Shown here: positions 34,252-38,710 of the stretch, one piece after another
How the letters are laid out: every line of letters begins with the position of its first letter
How positions within the stretch are numbered: the first letter of the stretch is position 1
Source: a virus
Lineage: Duplodnaviria; Caudoviricetes
Direction: 5' to 3' (one strand)
Virus record (IMG/VR): IMGVR_UViG_3300030433_002664
Coordinates: 1 to 38,710 of that record
DNA length: 38,710 bases
Notes under the pieces: model-generated
Databases searched by the model: none
What the model was told of the DNA's origin: nothing
The model's input: the letters and a program-made list of their open reading frames with translations, nothing else
Program-made: the position numbers and the translations under genes

Positions 34252-34277
34252 ATTCTAAAACTACTTAAGTTTAGATA

Positions 34278-35288
34278 TCACTCCATCACCAGGAGCTTGT
34301 TGCGGAACACCTCAGGGTTCTGCTGTGCGCTGTTCAGATAACGCCAAGCGTTTGAGGGGTCGCGGTCGGCCAGATTGCCGAAGCTATTCCAGAAGTCGCC
34401 AGCATTAGCAGGTGCTTGGGGCTGGGGAGGAACGGGCATAGTCGGGCGCTCAGGAGCGGCTTGACGCTGCAGCTGCTGACCAACTTGGACGCCAGGGGCG
34501 CCTTGGGGGACCTGAGCCATAGGAGCAGTGGGCTCTTCAGGGACAGGGTGAGGACCGTTTTCGCCGAAGAACTCACAGGTGTAATCAGCTAATACGTCAG
34601 GATCGGTGAGGATCGTTTCGTAAGCCTTGTGCTCAGTGGTCAACTCTTGAAGCAGGTTGGTGGCTTCGACGAGTTGAGCATTGGTCTTGACGAGAGCGTC
34701 CTCGACCTGGCAGGCATACTGATTCAGGACCTGGGGCGCATCAGCACCAAAGTGGTCAAGAACCTCAAGACTTGCTTCGCTTACCCCGTTTGCGAGGAGC
34801 TGCTCCCGGCTGATCGCCAGAGAGGTTTGGGAAGAGTCGTTGGAGAATGCCTGGCTGTTGTTGGTCGAAGGCGAAGAGGTCGGCGTCACCAAATTGCTGA
34901 ACTGGTGACCCTGTTGGGAAGGGTAGCTGGCCGGATCGACGGCCTGCATCGGATTCGACTGTTGACCCAGGGACGGGAATTGGACGGGCGAACTCAGGAG
35001 CCCCACCACCCGATTGAACGCTTCCTTGTAAGGATTCTCCGTTTGTTGGGGTGCCTGGTACTGCTGGGGGCTGTACTGAGTAGGGATTGAGACCTGCTCC
35101 TGGGCTGCCATCTGGGCCTGCATTTGCGGGGCTGGGGCCGTCACCTGTTGGTAAGGCGCCACCCATTGAGCGTTCGTCGAAACGGCTGGAGCCTGAGCCG
35201 CCGTCTGCGCCGGAGCCGCGTAGCTGGTCGGTTGGGTCGGGGATACTTGGGGTGCCGATTGGGTCGGCATTGCGGTATCGGCCTGCAT
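34278..35288 (-). CDS. Putative capsid scaffolding protein
   Basis: Q/P/A-rich disordered ends with a central acidic coiled coil; SD-like AAAGAGGT 5 nt before the ATG; located between portal and MCP. Confidence 0.65.
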   Translation of the reverse strand: MQADTAMPTQSAPQVSPTQPTSYAAPAQTAAQAPAVSTNAQWVAPYQQVTAPAPQMQAQMAAQEQVSIPTQYSPQQYQAPQQTENPYKEAFNRVVGLLSSPVQFPSLGQQSNPMQAVDPASYPSQQGHQFSNLVTPTSSPSTNNSQAFSNDSSQTSLAISREQLLANGVSEASLEVLDHFGADAPQVLNQYACQVEDALVKTNAQLVEATNLLQELTTEHKAYETILTDPDVLADYTCEFFGENGPHPVPEEPTAPMAQVPQGAPGVQVGQQLQRQAAPERPTMPVPPQPQAPANAGDFWNSFGNLADRDPSNAWRYLNSAQQNPEVFRNKLLVME

Positions 35289-37020
35289 AAGTTACCTCTT
35301 TTTGTAGGCTTTCGAGTGTGCGGTAAAGGAAGGGGGTGAGATCGAGTCTCGGATCCGCAGCCATCGGTAAATTCGGTTGCTGCGGATGTGGTGTCCTCAT
35401 TTCTTGATTAACAAGATCAAGGAATGCGGAATAAGCCCTCTGTACTTCCCCTACCACCCGGAATGGGAAACCTGAGAGCATGCTCGCGATTTCGTCATCC
35501 GTTTTAGAAGGGAATAAATACTTCAGTGCTTCAATGCTATCAACACCTAACTCTTGCAAGTTTCTGGTGAAAATAGACTGGTTAAGTTTATCCTGTGTTG
35601 TGTCTTCATACACAGGTCCAAGCCAACGCCATTCGACAGTTCTATCACCGTCCGGGGCTAGGCCAAGGACACCGTCAGGCACTTCTTTTGTCTCTAAAGC
35701 TTCTTGAAGTGCTTGATCAAGTTTTTTCTCATAACGTGCTTTAGCTTTCTCGTATTTTTCAAGGGCTTTTTCATCAGGATCTTCTGGTAGAACCGGAAGC
35801 TTGATACCCATCTCGTAAGCGAATGACTTACGGAAAATCTGCTCCTCTTGGAAAAGAATGAGTTCTAAGCATCTGCAAATGCCGTAGGTGTAAAGCTGCA
35901 GACACTTCTTCTTCGCAGTGGCGCTAACGCGGCCATAAGCTGACTTGTATTCTGTCGCCGTAACGTTAGTAATACTCAGATCATCAATGCCGCCCAGGGC
36001 AAGACGGATCTCACTACGCATCTGCTCGGCGTAACGGGCCTGATCCGTGCTAACAGCGTTTGGTGTAATAAAACCTACACGATCAGTCGGCTCAAGGTTC
36101 GCAATGACCCGAGGTACACGCATGCCTGAACCAGGCTTTCCGATGTAGCCGGGTTGCTGGCGGGTAATAGGATCTTGTTTATACGTCGAACTAGAGAGGC
36201 TAAATTCCGACTGGAATCCAGATTGACTGGAGATGCTGGGACGTTGGCCAGGGTTGTCAGAATCTACCTCTGTAATGTCCTGTTTAGGACGTGACGAAAG
36301 CAGCGTTGGGTTACCAAAGAAGGAGAGGTTTGCCCGGATGTTTTTAACCATCTCGTCGTGAGCGAGAATCTGGTTAGCCATCCAATCGAATTCACCACTT
36401 CCTTCTGTGCCGAAAGCATCAGGGTTATTTAGACACTCGACGCAAGGGATGAACTGCATCGTGTTCTTAACAACCTTCTTCTCCGTAAACGGCATGTCTA
36501 AGGAGGGGTTGTCAAAGCCGATCTCTTGCTCGCTATGTGATTCCTCGATCTCATCTGCGGTGATGCGGAGACGCATGTAGCGCTTATCAGTACTCAGTCC
36601 AACGCCCTTAAAGCCTTTTGATGATTTGACTTTATAAGGATAGATAATGATTACTTCTTCGAGATCACCTTCAGGTGAGTAGTAGGTCCGATAAGAGTCC
36701 TTATCAAACCAGTAAATTCTGTAAGTCTTCTGTGTAGGACGGATATAGAAAAGACCTTTTCCGTAAGCAAGGAACCTGTCCCAGATCGAATCTAGCCGTG
36801 CATCAAGTCTGTTGAAACGAATTACCTGTTGTAAGAAGTCATATCGTTGCGTACCGAAGTTATCCTGCAGCGGATAAAACTCCACACCCTGCCGAATCCC
36901 AAACATTTTCATCTGGGAAAGGTGGGCGTTCACCAGCATGGTGTCCGCAGGGCCTGTACTGTCGCGAGAAACTACCGATTTGAGGATAGACTCAAGCTGT
37001 GATTTAGCACTATCGCCCAT
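34765..37020 (-). CDS. Portal protein with a long low-complexity C-terminal extension
   Basis: 751 aa, downstream of the terminase. Features such as IPCVECLNNP...G.GEFD, FFGNP and a charged wing region fit a portal. The assignment is mainly by synteny. Confidence 0.75.
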   Translation of the reverse strand: MGDSAKSQLESILKSVVSRDSTGPADTMLVNAHLSQMKMFGIRQGVEFYPLQDNFGTQRYDFLQQVIRFNRLDARLDSIWDRFLAYGKGLFYIRPTQKTYRIYWFDKDSYRTYYSPEGDLEEVIIIYPYKVKSSKGFKGVGLSTDKRYMRLRITADEIEESHSEQEIGFDNPSLDMPFTEKKVVKNTMQFIPCVECLNNPDAFGTEGSGEFDWMANQILAHDEMVKNIRANLSFFGNPTLLSSRPKQDITEVDSDNPGQRPSISSQSGFQSEFSLSSSTYKQDPITRQQPGYIGKPGSGMRVPRVIANLEPTDRVGFITPNAVSTDQARYAEQMRSEIRLALGGIDDLSITNVTATEYKSAYGRVSATAKKKCLQLYTYGICRCLELILFQEEQIFRKSFAYEMGIKLPVLPEDPDEKALEKYEKAKARYEKKLDQALQEALETKEVPDGVLGLAPDGDRTVEWRWLGPVYEDTTQDKLNQSIFTRNLQELGVDSIEALKYLFPSKTDDEIASMLSGFPFRVVGEVQRAYSAFLDLVNQEMRTPHPQQPNLPMAADPRLDLTPFLYRTLESLQKEVTYAGRYRNADPIGTPSIPDPTDQLRGSGADGGSGSSRFDERSMGGALPTGDGPSPANAGPDGSPGAGLNPYSVQPPAVPGTPTNGESLQGSVQSGGGAPEFARPIPVPGSTVESDAGRRSGQLPFPTGSPVQQFGDADLFAFDQQQPGILQRLFPNLSGDQPGAAPRKRGKRSKS

Positions 37021-37034
37021 TCTGTTTAAGAGGT

Positions 37035-37217
37035 CTACTGATCAATATCGTAACCAGCTTCCACCCTTTTGAACGTAATTACACCGTCTTCTGCTTCTAC
37101 ATCGAACCGCTCGTTCGGTTGCAGAGACAGGTCGTGGCACAACTCGTCAGGTAGAGGAAGGATCGCAGAACCATAAGCATCCTGCTCAAGTTCTACTAAA
37201 AAGTAGCTGGGTGACAT
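37035..37217 (-). CDS. AbrB/MazE/SpoVT-like small DNA-binding protein
   Basis: GSAILPLPDELCHDLSLQPNERFDVEAEDGVITFKRV fits the swapped-hairpin pattern. Confidence 0.7.
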   Translation of the reverse strand: MSPSYFLVELEQDAYGSAILPLPDELCHDLSLQPNERFDVEAEDGVITFKRVEAGYDIDQ

Positions 37218-37245
37218 CGCGTTTGAATACCTATAGTTTAAATCG

Positions 37246-38709
37246 TCAATACTCTAACTCTAGTTTTCCTCGTGTCATTAGTCCATTGCAGAGCCAAACT
37301 AATGCATCCACACAGTCATCATGTGAACTTACCCCAAAGTTAACGATCTCGTCTGTAAGTGCATTGAATTTTCTGTACTTATTGAAAGTAATCTTCCGCT
37401 GCTCGAATAAGCCCATGATGCCTCGGAATCGAGCCACCTTGTCACCACGGAAACCTTTGACCGGATGCCAGTGCATGTTGTAAAGCCCGTGTTCTCCCTG
37501 ACAGATTCTTTTGAAGTCAGCCTCCAGAGACGCCTGGTATGCAACGGCTTCTGACCAGATTTCGATGTTACTTCCTGTTGGAAAATATTTATTGTTGTCT
37601 TTGTGTACGACACCCCATTCCTCCATCATCTCCATTAAAGCTTCTAATTTTTCTAAGTTACCCATAATTCTTAATCTTTTACAATCAACAATGTGAATCT
37701 TCCCTCCCACGCGCCCTCCCATCACGAAGACTGTGTAGTCGTTTTGTTCGCGCACACCGGCAGAAAGATCGACTCCGACCCCTAGCGTTTCGAATTGAGT
37801 GTCGATGGTGCCTTTAATGATGAGTTCAGGAGAAAGAGAAAGTTCGCTGGTTTGAACGACCTGATTTTGGTACTGAAAGCTAAAAGCGACCGGAGCTTGG
37901 CGACGGCGATCACGGAGGTAGTCGAGAGACCACATGTCAGGCCAGTAAGAGATTTCATCTCCGTTCTGATCTACGCTGATTGCTGACTGTACGATTTGAA
38001 CCCAATTATTGGCGGGGATGAAAGTAGAGTTGTGGATATCGTCGTGACGAAAACGGGTTCCGAGACAAATCGCACGGCCACCTTCGAACATGGTCGGAAC
38101 AATAACTGAGTTCCAGTTATCTTCCATTGCCTGACGGATATCTCTGTTCTTGATATCGTCTGCACTTTTGATGGCGTCATCAATGATACAGAGGTGCGAA
38201 CGTTTGGACGTCACAGCACCTTTCAGACCTGCGCAGCAGACGGTGAACTCTTCTTCACCTGTAGATCTGATCCCTGCAAACTTCCAATCAATACTCCAGT
38301 ATTCATTAGAGTTGATGCCCTTGGCGATCTTGACGGTTGGAAAGATCTCTTTGTACGTCTTACTTTCTTCAATGATTCGCTTGATCGCTGCACTCTTGGG
38401 TCGTGCCACATCGACCGTGTAAGAGATATACAGAATTTTCAGCGGTTTCTTCGCCAGTGCATGGATACCTACTGCCCAGGCGGTATAGAGACCAAGAATT
38501 GTGGACTTTGCGCTACCCCGTGGTGCCAAGATATCGATGTTTGGTCCACCGATACCAATAAGACATTCAGAGTCCTCACCGGTACATAAATACTTGTGCC
38601 ATTCTTTGTGATGAGCTGCAGGTGGTTTATCACCCACTACATCACAGAAATATGCAAAATCTGTCCTTGCTCTTTCTACATCTACAGACGATGTTTTCTT
38701 GACAACCCG
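37246..38709 (-). CDS. terL: Terminase large subunit (N-terminus truncated by window edge)
   Basis: Walker A APRGSAKST, Walker B LCIIDD, motif III LGTRF, RNase H-like GVDLS/DYT/HDDCVDA. The frame stays open to the window end (RVVKKTSSVDVERARTDFAYFCDVV). Confidence 0.95.
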   Translation of the reverse strand, partial: RVVKKTSSVDVERARTDFAYFCDVVGDKPPAAHHKEWHKYLCTGEDSECLIGIGGPNIDILAPRGSAKSTILGLYTAWAVGIHALAKKPLKILYISYTVDVARPKSAAIKRIIEESKTYKEIFPTVKIAKGINSNEYWSIDWKFAGIRSTGEEEFTVCCAGLKGAVTSKRSHLCIIDDAIKSADDIKNRDIRQAMEDNWNSVIVPTMFEGGRAICLGTRFRHDDIHNSTFIPANNWVQIVQSAISVDQNGDEISYWPDMWSLDYLRDRRRQAPVAFSFQYQNQVVQTSELSLSPELIIKGTIDTQFETLGVGVDLSAGVREQNDYTVFVMGGRVGGKIHIVDCKRLRIMGNLEKLEALMEMMEEWGVVHKDNNKYFPTGSNIEIWSEAVAYQASLEADFKRICQGEHGLYNMHWHPVKGFRGDKVARFRGIMGLFEQRKITFNKYRKFNALTDEIVNFGVSSHDDCVDALVWLCNGLMTRGKLELEY

Positions 38710-38710
38710 T

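Noticed and set aside
1-38710. CRISPR array, rRNA or IS element
   Set aside because: No regularly spaced repeats, rRNA-like stretch or transposase was seen, and coding density is near-complete.
38638-38710. GTG at 38637 as the terminase start
   Set aside because: The reading frame is open to the window edge with terminase-like residues (ARTDFAYFC), so the true start lies outside the window.

Overview
This window is part of a lytic tailed-phage genome, most likely a marine cyanophage. It carries an NblA-like gene, an intronless tRNA-Leu(UAA) and a block of exported and membrane proteins resembling those conserved in marine cyanophages. Read right to left on the minus strand, it encodes a truncated terminase large subunit, an AbrB/MazE-like protein, a portal overlapping a Q/P/A-rich scaffold-like gene by 524 nt, the major capsid protein, an abundant capsid-associated protein, an HhH protein, a head-completion-like protein, a lambda-R-type lysozyme and a split-SWIM protein. 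These are followed by a series of small virion and fibre genes and two tandem cassettes, each an adaptor plus a giant (1.7-1.9k aa) modular SPRY-containing fibre. The left ~9 kb is an accessory region. The most notable observations are: (1) the two giant fibre genes share near-identical DNA only at junctions bracketing divergent modules, which suggests recombinational module swapping; (2) one fibre carries an inserted domain with a complete type-1 copper (cupredoxin) ligand set; (3) three enzyme-fold genes within 5.3 kb (Dam-like MTase, GH24 lysozyme, C39-like peptidase) all appear to lack canonical catalytic residues; (4) there are long dual-coding overlaps. No tail sheath, tube or tape-measure gene, integrase, reverse transcriptase or CRISPR array was recognised. 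All family assignments come from motif recognition by eye, not from database searches.
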